This document shows, piece by piece, positions 50,391-62,171 of a stretch of DNA of 64,000 nucleotides. Source of the DNA: Mobula hypostoma (lineage: Eukaryota); contig NC_086097.1 of assembly GCF_963921235.1 (NCBI RefSeq), forward strand, positions 55,988,001-56,052,000, in the 5' to 3' direction. Every line of letters begins with the position of its first letter. Within the stretch, counting starts at the first letter, position 1. The translations under genes and the position numbers were made by a program. The notes beneath the pieces were generated by a model that was given only the letters and a program-made list of their open reading frames with translations, did not search any database and was not told where the DNA came from.

Positions 50391-51499
50391 ACCCATGATT
50401 GGGTACGTTCATGCCACACTCTAGACTTCACATAGGATAGATAACAGACTGACTGGTTCAATTGATCTGAGTTGCTGCTTATGTTCCACACTGATTTCCT
50501 CCCTGTACATCCCCTTTATCTCAGCCATTCAACATGACTTTCTCCAACCGACTGTTCTTCAAAACATTTCAATTATTTGACTCAACTGCATGCAGCGCGT
50601 TTCAGATTCCATGGATTCTCCCACAAATTTACACATTCTTTCCCTGTTGCTATGCCTATTGCACAGTTCGAAATGTCTGCTAGATGCTCTTGGCTAATAC
50701 ACCTACCTCAACTAATGCCTCACCCTCATACACAAAGTAACTTAACCGGTGTCTTTATTTCTGTTTCTGGAAGGTTACTACATGAGTTACCACATTTGTT
50801 TAGATATAAAACAATAACTATACTTCTAAAGTGATTTGCTTGCTGGACATGGGAAGTTCATTCATTCTTGCCTTTCCTAAAACTCCTCATAATGTCGCTT
50901 CTAATCTAAATGCTTTGACCATGCTTCTCAGTCAATTCTCCTAACTCTTTACACAGCACATTCTCTTCAGTATCACCAATTGTCTCTAAACCCACTGTGG
51001 CATTATACAGTAAATGGGAGTAAGCACCACGAAAATAAAGAGCTCAAAATTAATTGAAGCAAAACCACTGATGATATTGTACAGTCACAGGGGGGCTTAT
51101 CATAGCGGGCCTTATACATGCCTTGCAGCCGACAGAATAAATATTCACCTCTGCTTATTCAACGAGAGGAGCATGTTAGTTTGATCCCATTGTTCTGCTA
51201 ATCTCAGGGCAGCACTGTTGGTCTAGGGTACCGGGGACCGAAAGTCATCCTGATCATTCCTGACTTCCACTGGAAGTCTGTGCTTGCTAAGTATTGGGAG
51301 GGCAGATGAGCTTTTAGCAACAAAATGATCTGTTGACATTTATTCTCAAGGCTAAATACGTGAACATTTGGAGTTGTCTGTGCTCTCTCTACCAGGAAAC
51401 ATCATTCAGAAGGAAGAAAGGAAGAAGATTTTCAGAGAAAATAGAGAAGTACTTTTAAACAAGCAATCATCTTTTGGTGCAGTAAACCAACTGGTATCC

Positions 51500-51750
51500 T
51501 ATAAAACATGGAATACTACACAGAAGGAAAAAGCCTTTCAGCCCACTCTGTGCTGAGCATGATGCCAACTCGAACCTGCACATGATCCACTTCCTTCCAT
51601 TCCCTGTATAATCATGTGCCTATTTCAAAGCCTCTTGAACACCATTTCCATATCTGCCTCCATTACTGTCCTTGGCAGCACATTCTAGGCATCTAATACT
51701 CTCTGTATTAAAAAAAACTTGCCCACACAACCCCTTTAAACTTCCTCCTT
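51500..51750 (-). mobile_element. CR1 3' tail fragment (similar short tails at 4240-4365, 45810-45900, 46365-46520, 57265-57495)
   Basis: GCCTTTCAGCCCAC...TGCCTATTTCAAAGCCTCTTGAAC...GGCAGCACATTCTAGGCA...AAAAACTTGCCC. Confidence 0.7.
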
Positions 51751-52351
51751 GTATCTGAGTCTGATTGGGTAAGATGTCACCAAAGCATTCCAGTCATTTT
51801 GAAGTTAATTTTTGTTTATGGTTTTAAACAGTTTAGAAATGTGCCTCCAGGGATTAAATGTCAACTGCATTAAGCACTCTGGGCTATGCTAATCTGAATC
51901 ATTACTTGCAACTCCAGATCCAGATGGGTCACGGAAAGAATAGGAGAGTTTCAAATGTTTTTCAACCAGGCAGTTTTTGGAGCAATTCACGGAGGGACTG
52001 AAAATGATCTGAACATTGTTAGTGCAGGTGACAGGAAGGTGAGCTTGAGTTGTAAGCCTCCGTCTGTTTCAGGTCACAATGTTACCAGCACGAAATCAGC
52101 AAAGCAGCAGGTAGAATTCGCAGCCGAAATAACAGTGTGCTTTTGTCAGCTCTCCACTGAGAGATCAGCACAGACAGCCCCACAGCACAAGCCACAGTTG
52201 GGCTGTAATTTCACTGCTGAGCCATACCCTGAGCAGGGAGAGCCTGGTGATGTTTCAATAGGGACTGTCAATGCCCAAAATATAATCCTTGCAATCTTGG
52301 CAAGTATTACTTATCAAGCAGCATTGGTTGCTGATCACTCCCACTGATTTC

Positions 52352-52671
52352 TAATACCATATACCCACCTTCTTGTAATACCATGTACTCACCTGCTTGA
52401 AATACCATGTACACACCTTGTTGTAATATCATGTACACACCTTTTTGTAATACCATGTACCCACCTGCTTGAAATACCATGTATGCACCTTCTTATAATA
52501 TCAGGTACCCACTTTCTTGTAATACCATGTGCCCACCTGCTTGTAATACCATGTACCCACCTTCCTGTAATATCATGAACCCACCTTCTTGTAATACCAT
52601 GAGCCCACCTTTCTGTAATACCATGTACCCACCTGCTTGAAATACCATGTACCCACCTTCTTGTAATACCA
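52352..52671. repeat. 24-bp minisatellite, 13.3 copies (consensus TAATACCATGTACCCACCTTCTTG)
   Basis: Direct reading; units are contiguous with substitutions only. Confidence 0.97.
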
Positions 52672-53358
52672 GAATGGTCAGTCAGACATTTGCACCCAAT
52701 TGACCCATGGTCCTGGTTTCCTTAGCCTCCTTTGAGAAATAGAACAAGAGTCTGCCAAAGTATGGTCAATTCACCTCTCTGAGCCAGTGGGCAGACGTTT
52801 CCACAATTCCTGAAATTTCTATGCTGTCTTCGAGACTGACGTCCTTGCATCCACAAAGGTATGTAACAACCGTATTCCACAACTCATCTTCCGAGTTACA
52901 TATAGCCTTGATTCTAACAGGTACATTAGAATGGAGCACTTTTCCATTCATTCTCAAGATTAGGCCCACTCCAATGCTCCTCCTATATGCTTCAGAGTCC
53001 TGGACTACCTGCAGCAGGTATCTCAAAGGACTGGGAAAATACCACAAACATATGATAAAATTTTGTGGAAATTCTGCTTCAGAACCATGGTCATGTAAAC
53101 CTCAGCACTCAAGTTGTGATAATCAAATAATATTTACATTAATCCCACTGGAAGGATAAGAGAAACAATGTCAGTATCCCCTCACAGGCCAAAATCGTTT
53201 GCACCAATGCCATAGTTAGACTCAGTCTGCCACATTAGGCAGGCCACATCATTCATATGCAAACAACAGGAATTCTGCAGATGCTGGAAATTCAAGCAAC
53301 ACACATCAAAGTTGCTGGTGAACGCAGCAGGCCAGGCAGCATCTGTAGGAAGAGGTGC

Positions 53359-53394
53359 AGTCGACGTTTCAGGCCGAGACCCTTCGTCAGGACT
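53359..53394 (-). ncRNA. Minimal type I hammerhead ribozyme in PLE terminal repeat
   Basis: CUGACGA and GAAA core; stem I AGUC/GACU; stem II AGG/CCU; loopless stem III ACGU; GUC cleavage triplet (cut predicted between 53363 and 53362). Confidence 0.8.
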
Positions 53395-53691
53395 AACTGA
53401 AGGAAGAATGAGTAAGGGATTTGAAAGTAGGAGGGGGAGGGGGAGATGCAAAATGACAGGAAAAGACAGGAGGGGGAGGGATAGAGCCAAGAGCTGGACA
53501 GGTGATAGGCAAAAGGGGATACGAGAGGATCATGGGACAGGAGGTCCGGGAAGAAAGACAAGGAGGCGGGGGGGACCCAGAGGATGGGCAAGAGGTATAT
53601 GCAGAGGGACAGAGGGAGAAAAAGGAGAGTGAGAGGAAGAAATTGTGCATAAAAATAAGTAACAGATGGGGTATGAGGGGGAGGTGGGGCC

Positions 53692-54018
53692 TTAGCGGAA
53701 GTTAGAGAAGTCGATGTTCATGCCATCAGGTTGGAGGCTACCCAGACAGAATATAAGGTGTTGTTCCTCCAACATGAGTGTGGTTTCATCTTTACAGTAG
53801 AGGAGGCCGTGGATAGACATGTCAGAATGGGAATGGGATGTGGAATTAAAATGTGTGGCCACTGGGAGATCCTGCTTTCTCTGGCGGACAGAGTGTAGAT
53901 GTTCAGCAAAGCGGTCTCCCAGTCTGCGTCGGGTCTCGCCAATATATAGAAGGCCACATCGGGAGCACCAGACGCAGTATATCACCCCAGTCGACTCACA
54001 GGTGAAGTGTTGCCTCAC
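53692..54018 (-). pseudogene. PLE GIY-YIG endonuclease domain
   Basis: VIY...C..C...YIGET.R.L..R..EH, VATHFN...H, LEEQHLI, P.GMN motifs. Confidence 0.92.
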
Positions 54019-54438
54019 CTGGAAGGACTGTTTGGGGCCCTGAATGGTGGTAAGGGAGGAAGTGTAAGGGCATGTGTAGCACTTGTTCCGCTTATACGGA
54101 TAAGTGCCAGGAGGGAGATCCGTGGGGAGGGATGGGGGGACGAATGGACAAGGGAGTTGGGTAGGGAGCGATCCCTGCGGAATGCAGAGAGAGGTGGGGA
54201 GGGAAAGATGTGCTTAGTGGTGGGATCCCGTTGGAGGTGGCGGAAGTTACGGAGAATAATATGTTGGACCCGGAGGTGGTGGGGTGGTAGGTGAGGACGA
54301 GGAGAACCCTATTCCTAGTGGGGTGGCGGGAGGATGGAGTGAGAGCAGATGTACGTGAAATGGGGGAGATGCGTTTAAGAGCAGAGTTGATAGTGGAGGA
54401 AGGGAAGCCCCTTTCTTTAAAAAAGGAAGACATCTCCC

Positions 54439-55307
54439 TCATCCTAGAATGAAAAGCCTCATCCTGAGAGCAGATGCGGCGGAGACGAAAGAATTGCGAG
54501 AAGGGGATGGCGTTTTTGCAAGAGACAGGGTGAGAAGAGGAATAGTCCAGATAGCTGTGAGAGTCAGTAGGCTTATAGTAGACATCAGTGGATAAGCTGT
54601 CTCCAGAGACAGAGACAGAAAGATCTGAAAGGGGAGGGAGGTGTCGGAAATGGACCAGGTAAGCTTGAGGGCAGGGTGAAAGTTGGAGGCAAAGTTAATA
54701 AAGTCAACGAGTTCTGCATGTGTGCAGGAAGCAGCGCCAATGCAGTTGTCGATGTAGCAAAGGAAAAGTGGGGGACAGATACCAGAATAGGCACAGAACA
54801 TAGATTGTTCCACAAAGCCAACAAAAAGGCAGGCATAGCTAGGACCCATACGGGTGCCCATAGCTACACCTTTAGTTTGGAGGAAGTGGGAGGAGCCAAA
54901 GGAGAAATTATTAAGAGTAAGGACTAATTCCGCTAGACGGAGCAGAGTGGTGATAGAGGGGAACTGATTAGGTCTGGAATCCAAAAAGAAGCATAGAGCT
55001 TTGAGACCTTCCTGATGGGGGATGGAAGTATATAAGGACTGGACATCCATGGTGAAAATAAAGCGGTGGGGGCCAGGGAACTTAAAATCATCGAAAAGTT
55101 TAAGAGCGTGAGAAGTGTCACGAACATAGGTCGGAAGGGATTGAACAAGGGGTGATAAAACCGTGTTGAGGTATGCAGAAACGAGTTCGGTGGGGCAGGA
55201 GCAAGCTGAGAAAATAGGTCGGCCAGGACAGGCAGGTTTGTGGATCTTGGGTAGGAGGTAGAAACGGGAAGTGCGGGGTGTGGGAACTATAAGGTTGGTA
55301 GCAGTGG
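54439..55307 (-). pseudogene. PLE reverse transcriptase domain, disabled
   Basis: Catalytic YIDD reads YIDN; frameshift near 54625. Confidence 0.9.
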
Positions 55308-57599
55308 ACATCATTCATATGTCCCATTTCTGAAACAGACATTATTCCAAGCTGTCAAGAAAGCAATTTACCAGGCATACAGGGAAAAAAGTTAAACTGC
55401 TGAAAGCTTCTTTGAATATATATGACCTCTTCACCAACACCCTGCTCAAAGTGGAGTAGGAGCACTTGTGAAGGTATTGAGAACGTTCTGAGGTGATGCA
55501 TTGGTGGTATCTGTATATGTGGTGGGAGAGGAGCACCACTTCTTGAACTGTTCACTTGCCTGTTCTGTCAGACACTTCCTTTTCCACATTAGCCCCTTTA
55601 ATCACCTCAGAACTCACCAAACCAGAGCAGAAATAAGCCATCCTTGATCCTGAGGGAACGTTTAAGAAGCAGAAGCTGTATTCTAGAAAACATTAGTGAA
55701 ACTGCTCTTCAGTACTTCATTGAAATTAATCATTAAAATTACAACGTTCATATGTGGAGCTTTGGGAAGGATTCCCTTGCATTGTCAAGCAGAGTCTAAG
55801 AAGCAGATTGCAAAAATTGATTTATTACATCCTTCTCAATACCTGGGTGTAACCACCAGATAACAATGTGCATTAAGATAATAAATTTTGTTTCTTGTTG
55901 CAAATAGCAGAATGAAAATCTTTCATCAAAGGTCATAAAATATTTATTACAATGAACTAATATTTGAAAGTAGCTATCAAACGCAAGAATGTAGGTTACA
56001 TATGACAATTACACAGACAATGTCGATTATGACAAGCTTTAGCCTGTCAAATTCCTGTAATGATATTTAATGTTCCCTGGTGTTAATATCTGCCTCAGGT
56101 TTTGTTGTGTCTTATGCATGATCAAAGGAAGATTGCTTAGTCAGTGTGATATTTTAGATTTAGATAAGAGGAGAAAGGACTAACTGAAGGTGAGATATCT
56201 TGTTTTATTCTCCTTGATATCCCGAGGATTTCAGACTTCAAATCCCCATTGAAAAAAGCAAAATATCACAAAGAACAAAGTGAACATTAAAATTTGTGCA
56301 CCGATTGATGGATATCTATTATTGGTATTTTAAGCAAAGCAGAGTTAACTTTAATCGTTTGACAGCTATGGCATTAATGCATCTCACCTTGAGGAATCTA
56401 CTTGCATTAGAATGCCTCGGTTTATCATTCTTTTCTCATCAAAATCTAGAGAGCAGGTGAAAAGTTTTACAGATTAATAGAAGTTCCTTACAAGGTATTT
56501 TATACCAAAAGCTTTTTATTGAAATTAAAACTCTGCAATGTATGAATTAATAAGAAAAATCGGAACTGTAAGCTGACTTGATCAAAATGTGTATACTTTA
56601 ATTTTTGTTATGATTACGAGAGGTAAAAGATAAAGGTTTGTAGAATGGTCAGAAATCTCTAACGTTCTTTGAAGAAGTTGTAATGCAAGGGATCTTTATC
56701 CTGATGCAGCCTCTAGCTATTTCTCAGAACCAGAAGGGTAGTGATGGAGTACCAATAGATCTGCCTCTCAGCAAAGATGCTGGATGATTTCTACTGGAGT
56801 GGACAGGGAAATAAGGACTTGTGTTATACAAGTCTGTTATCTGGAGGGGAAAGGCTTAGCAGAAAATCTCTTAAACCTTTTGAAGGCTAACTGGTGTTCT
56901 GACCTGCACCTTCAAGTAACGTGGGTATAACTGAAACCTTCAGACATTTATGCTCACCCTGAGTTCTTGGTATCACTAAATGAACCAACATGCAGACAGT
57001 TCCACTGAAAATTTAGAAGACACATGTATTCCCCAAAAAATAAATTCAAGATCTCAGAGTGATTTGCAGTCAATTAAAAACTTTTGAAATCTAGACATTG
57101 TGGGCAGTTAACTTCTGCACAGCAGAATCTGGCAATCAAAAAAGAAAAATGATCAGATAACAAAGGACAAATGCCCCAGGTCGTCATATCTAATCATGTG
57201 CAGGACTATTTGATTGCCCAGTTGAAGCCAATGCAAACAAATGTGCAGAGGTGAATACAATGTTATAGTCATAGAATTGGTCAGGGCAGAAACATGACAC
57301 ACCCATGTCAACATTTTGCGCATCTACACTATTTCCATTTACTTACAGTGGGACTGTATCTGTCAATGCCTTGTCTGTTTAAGTGTCTGTCTAAATCCCA
57401 CTTAAACTTAGTAATTGTATCTCATTCCATCACCTCCTCTGGCAGCATGTTCCAGACATCAACTATTCTTTGCGTAAAAAACGTATCCCTCAGATTTAGT
57501 GCTGGCAATTAAAGACAGATGTCTTGTTCAAAATCTTTTGCCAATTTTGTATTAGGTATATTGGACAAGGCATCTTGTATGTTTGCAGATTAATGCTAT

Positions 57600-57750
57600 G
57601 GCATCTGACATTTTTATCAGAGTGAATAAATAAGTCTTTTGAATAGCATTTCACGTGAAAAATAGTACTCCAACAATGCTGCCCTCCCTTGGTTTGCTCT
57701 TGAATGACAACTTTAGTATTTATGACTAGGTCTCAGGAATTGGGCCAATT
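57600..57750 (-). mobile_element. Possible ancient Deu-domain-type SINE remnant
   Basis: GAAAAATAGTACTCCAACAATGCTGCCCTCCCTTGG...AGGTCTCAGGAATTGGG resembles, from memory, the reverse strand of old vertebrate DeuSINEs. Confidence 0.3.
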
Positions 57751-58240
57751 ACTGTAAAGACTGGCATGTATGGATTAGTAAGTAGAGAAATAACCACTAT
57801 TTCAGGGAGATTTAGGCTATTAGATACTTAAATTACTTCATTGCATTTTCATACCTTTCTCAAATCCTAGAGGATAATCTAAAGATATCTAATAGAACAG
57901 AATGCTCTTTGTATCCTGCACACAGCTTAGTAACAAAACAACCAATAAATCTGAAATTTGGCATGTGATTTAGGTTCAGCATAGGGATGTACTCTATAGT
58001 TCTTTTTCTGAAACCCCCATAGGTTGCCCTCCTTAGCCCAACAAGGAGCTAATTTTAATTTTCCCCACCGAAAATTGATGAGATGTTGTTTTCAGATCTA
58101 TTTTTGAGGAACTAAATATTTAAGAAGACCTGACCTATGTACTTTTGGTCTATCTGAATCATAAAGAGACGCTGAAAATTTGTGCACTGAGGCTCTGTGA
58201 AAAACAAGCTATTATTTAAATCAGAAAGATGAATATGTAT

Positions 58241-59136
58241 TTATTTTATTTTTAATTATTTAGAGACACAGTGTGGAATAGGCCCTTCTTGCTCTTTGAG
58301 TAGCGTTGCCCCACCACTACTACTACTACTACTACGTCGACTCAGGCCTAGGGGGCTGGTGTCGGGCATGATGACGGACTCTCCATTTCTCCCTCTCCCT
58401 CATCAGTGTGTTCAGTTCATCTACATTAGCCGCGCCGCTGTCTTCTAGGAGGGTGTTGACCATAGTCTTGGGAGGGCACCCAGGGTTCATCCTCCCATGC
58501 TTGGGCTCCCATATGATGACTGGGCTGGCAGGTAGCTCGGGGTGGCGTAGACAGTGCCCGCTAGTTGCAGTCTTCTCGTCTCGACTTTAGTGGAGAGCAT
58601 CGGTAGGTTGTTATAGAGCTCAATGTTCGTCATGTGCTGTTGCCAACTCACGTCAAGAGCCATCCGGAGCATTCGTGTATAGCAACTATCTAGAGACTTT
58701 CGCATAGTCTTGGTGAGTGTCCATGTCTCACATCCGTATGTGAGAATGGACTCTATGACTGCTATGAAAATCCTCTTTTTAAGCCCTCTGGTCAGGTTCA
58801 ACTTCCAGATTTCCTTCATGTCGTTCATAGCCCTCCACGCCAGTGCCTTCCATATCTTTATGTCCTTTATGTATCTTTATGTATCTTTATTGCCCCAGCA
58901 ACCCCCAACAACCCCAATTTAACCCTAACTTAATCACAGGACAGTTTACAATGACCAATTAACCTACCCTTTGTCTAAGTCAATGACCTACATCTATGGA
59001 ATGTGGGAGGAAAACCTATGAATTCCACAGGGAGGACATACAGACAATCCTTACAAAGGACGCCAGGATTGAACTCTGAACTACAACGCCCTGAGCTGTA
59101 ATAGCTTTGCACTAACCACTACGTTACTGCGATTCC
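58241..59136 (-). mobile_element. V-domain SINE inserted in the Helitron and itself interrupted by an RTE
   Basis: Tail 58241-58316, body 58890-59136 (GGAATGTGGGAGGAAA; GGATTGAACTC is the B-box reverse); TSD ATATGTAT at 58233-58240 and 59137-59144. Confidence 0.85.
58317..58889 (-). mobile_element. RTE-clade LINE 3' fragment with (GTA)n tail
   Basis: ORF 58487-58828 (IESILTYGCETWTL, TRMLR, RRLQLAG); (TAC)n on the plus strand at ~58317-58335; TSD TTGCCCCA(C/G)CA at 58306-58316 and 58890-58900. Confidence 0.9.
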
Positions 59137-60164
59137 ATATGTATCCAGCAGAAAGAACTAAGTTTAGTGAGATAGCAAAGAAATTACATATGTACAATTA
59201 CAGAGGCTCCTTACAACAACCAAGGAATTTTGTTTTGATGCTAGGAACAGGAGAATAATCTTTGTAACCTACTTTCTGCTAAAGTTCAAAGACGTAACAC
59301 AAGTGTCTTGACCATGCCATCATCAAGCATTGCCTTATCACTTTTGACAAGGGGGAAACTCTACATTTGACTTTTAAGCCCCCTTGAAGTTTGACAAATG
59401 TGAAGGCGCCAACATATAGCATTGGCCAGGAAAATGCAAGGTAGAAAACTCCAAAGGATTGCAGTCTTATTGACCGGGATGAACGTACAGTGGCTCATAA
59501 AGCATTAGAACAACCATTGCAAGAATTTAGACACAATAGTAAATTGATGGGAGGTTGTCACTTTAGTGCTAGCGCGCAATTTTCACCAAATGCTACCAGT
59601 AATTTCATGAGGTACTAAAGCAGATGAATTGAACAACTAAATTAAAGCATCATATATCTGGGAAAAGGTTAAATGACTCCACTTGCAAACTAATATAACA
59701 GACACTTGTCACGTGATCGATCTTTGAGCAAGATTGCTTCAAATTTACTCAAATTAGGAAATGGGGAAGTTAAACACAAAGACTCAGCAGGAATGATTTT
59801 AATGAAAAATGTGGTCTGAATTGTTACATCACTTCATGGTCTGATGCAAGCTGTTTTCCCAAATGTCACTCAACACTATTTGAATTACCAATGGCTGCAT
59901 GATAGAGCAATTTTAGCACCAAAAATGATGCAGTTCAGGCCAAGAATAAACACCTTCTCTTAAAAACCTGTGCCATCTGACAGTGTGACAAATATTGATG
60001 AGACTGTACGTTTTCCTGTTGAATTTTTAAAATACTCTTTCACCATCTGGTGTGTCTTCACATAATCCTGAACTATAAGAAACTCCAATCATGCTACTCA
60101 GGAATTGGGATCCCCTAATACTAAGCAATGGCACAATGTTATCTGTTCAATAACTACCATCAAA

Positions 60165-60760
60165 TCAAGATTCAAATTGTTTAATGTCATTTCGAGTACA
60201 CAAGTGTAAAGGAGAATGAAATAATTCTTACTCCAGATTCGATGCAGCCAAAAAATAAGATAAAGAACACAATAATAAAAAACACAATAAATATGACTAC
60301 CTAAGTTAGCTTACTTACATAGATTGATTGTACGTCCATGAAGTGACACTAGGCACAGGGGTGTCCATACATAAGGTGACTGACAGAAAATGATAGAGTA
60401 GTGGTGGTGGGGGTGTGAAGAGGTGGGTCAGTGGGTGGAGGTGTTGATCAGCCTTACTGCCAGGTGAAAGTAACTGTTTTTGAGTCTGGTGATCCTGGTA
60501 TGGATGCTATGTAGCCTCCTCCCTGATGGGAATGGGACAAACAGTTCATGAGCAGGATGTGTTGGATTCTTTATGATGTTACTGGCCTCTTCTTGGCACC
60601 TTTGTAGATATATGTTCTGGATGGTAGGTAGGCTGGTGCCAGTGATGCATTGGGTAGTTTTGTCTGCCACGGTGCAGTTTCCGTACTATGCAGTGATGCA
60701 ACATGTTAGGATGCTCTCTGCTGTGCATCTGTAGAAGGATGTGAGTATAGATGTACATAG
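60165..60760 (-). mobile_element. Rex1/Babar LINE 3' fragment inside the Helitron
   Basis: ORF 60428-60670 (NPTHPAHELFVPFPSGRRL...RLKNSYF); homologous to 31085-31900. Confidence 0.9.
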
Positions 60761-61185
60761 CCTACAATAACAACTGGTAATGCTATTGGGAAACTGTTTT
60801 CATCCCTTGGATACTAAATTATCTGATCTACATTTTAGTTTCAAACAATTCCATTTCCCTGCTCAACTTAGTTTTGCTATGAGCATTAACAAGGTGCAGG
60901 GCAATCAGTAAATGTTGTTGGAAAGGCTTGACCCATGGTCCATTATACATTGGTTGGAAATAAATAATATCTGTACATTTTTATACTGAATTCAAAAGAA
61001 AAATATAGTGAATTCTGATGGACTTCAATATTGAAATCAAATAAATTTACATGTGCATAGGAACATATCTACTTAAAGAGAACCATATAGATATAACTTT
61101 TGCATACATATTTATTTTCAGTGCATAGATTTTACATTATCAACATCATTTCAATAATATTATTCATAGAATAATGAGCTATTTG

Positions 61186-61322
61186 CTAACACGAGAAAGT
61201 CTGCAGATTCCAGAAATCCAAAGCAACAGCCACAAAATGCTGGAGGAAATCAGCCAGTCAGGCAGCATCTCTGGAAAGGGATAAGCAGTTGATGTTTTGG
61301 GCCTAGACCCTTCAGCAGGACT
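61186..61322 (-). mobile_element. Solo PLE terminal-repeat fragment ending at a decayed hammerhead
   Basis: AACACGAGAAAGTCTGCAGA...GTTGATGTTTTGGGCCTAGACCCTTCAGCAGGACT. Confidence 0.8.
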
Positions 61323-62171
61323 TGACATTTGTTAGATTTTTTGTTATTTACAAGGTGTGTGAAGAACTCAGTTTCATGAAAATATATCATGATCCAATAA
61401 CATGATATATCACGACACAATAACCCAAGCAGTGTGGGATATTTTATGAGACAGAAGAGAGTCCATTATTTTACAATGCAGCATCTGCGGTTAGGTAAGA
61501 ACTGAAGAGAAAAAGGGATGCCTTCTATTAGCGAGGAACCAGGTAACCCATCTACACAGGTTGACATCTATTGCTTTGAATACAGTAAGTCCAGAGGCCT
61601 AAATGGATTGTCGCAACAAGTTCTGTAAAAAGTGGTCAAAATGAATGATTACATCCTTAGTGTTATTTCTCATAAGCAACATGACCAGCCGCAGCCACTG
61701 TTCAATACACCACTTCCCCATCACTGACAACAATCTCTGTAAATTACAACTAACATTCATACTCTCCACTGTCCAGTTCCCCAAGCCTCACTTCCACACC
61801 TCTTAGTCGTAGTCATACTTACTCAGCCACTAAAGGCACTTCACCAAATGAGACTGCAATCACTCTCCTCACCTTGTGGAACAATGTGATGGACAATGAT
61901 GCTGGCAGAACAGACAGGTGGAGGGCTGTACGACACAGCCTGTGACCACACTCAAGAGTGATACCATTGAAGATGATGGTTTGCTGAAACTTGACCTTTT
62001 TTCCTTCTTCTTGCACCACAACTTCATTGCACCACAGAATTTCATCTGTTTTGTAAACTGCCGATTACAGCATCATGTGCCAGTTACTTGCTCCGCCTCT
62101 CTTCCCTACAGTTCTAAAATATTGTCCCGTTACCCTTTTAGAGAGCCAACTTTAACCGGTCCAGGAGGTGG

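Larger units (their letters stand above)
53260..55307 (-). mobile_element. 5'-truncated Penelope-like element (Neptune-like): RT + GIY-YIG + terminal repeat
   Basis: FYLLPKIHK, RPI, TMDVQSLYTSIP, GVAMGT, YIDN; Cys linker (KRNKCYTC); VIYCVWCSRCGLLYIGETRRRLGDRFAEH; 14-bp TSD ACATCATTCATATG at 53246-53259 and 55308-55321. Confidence 0.96.
52930..55560 (+). mobile_element. Old RTE-clade LINE remnant, split by the PLE into 52930-53259 and 55308-55560
   Basis: PMLLLYASESWTT.SRYLK.L.KYH; GCAGGCCACATCATTCATATG reads AGHIIHM (RTE WAGH..RM motif) at the insertion site. Confidence 0.65.
58130..60960 (+). mobile_element. Helitron PIF1-type helicase remnant interrupted by a SINE (+RTE) and a Rex1
   Basis: Frame-broken motifs in canonical order: H.TFK.P (~59365), LI..DE.T.AHK (~59466), FHQMLPVI (~59580), WLHDRAILAPK (~59892), FPVEFL (~60012), TPIMLLRNWDP...NGT.L (~60082), then LSFAMSINKVQG (~60867). 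Confidence 0.88.

Noticed and set aside
51955..52347. 130-aa ORF in unique sequence
   Set aside because: No domain similarity I can recognise and no consistent splice pair.
52352..52671. CRISPR array or repeat protein
   Set aside because: Units are contiguous with no unique spacers, there are no cas genes, and the ORF track shows no ORF across the array.
54439..55314. Telomerase or intact active RT gene
   Set aside because: The start codon comes from the TSD, YIDD is mutated to YIDN, the frame is shifted, and the linked GIY-YIG identifies a PLE.
59200..60960. Host PIF1 gene
   Set aside because: Intronless, riddled with stops and frameshifts, and the motifs are of the Helitron type.
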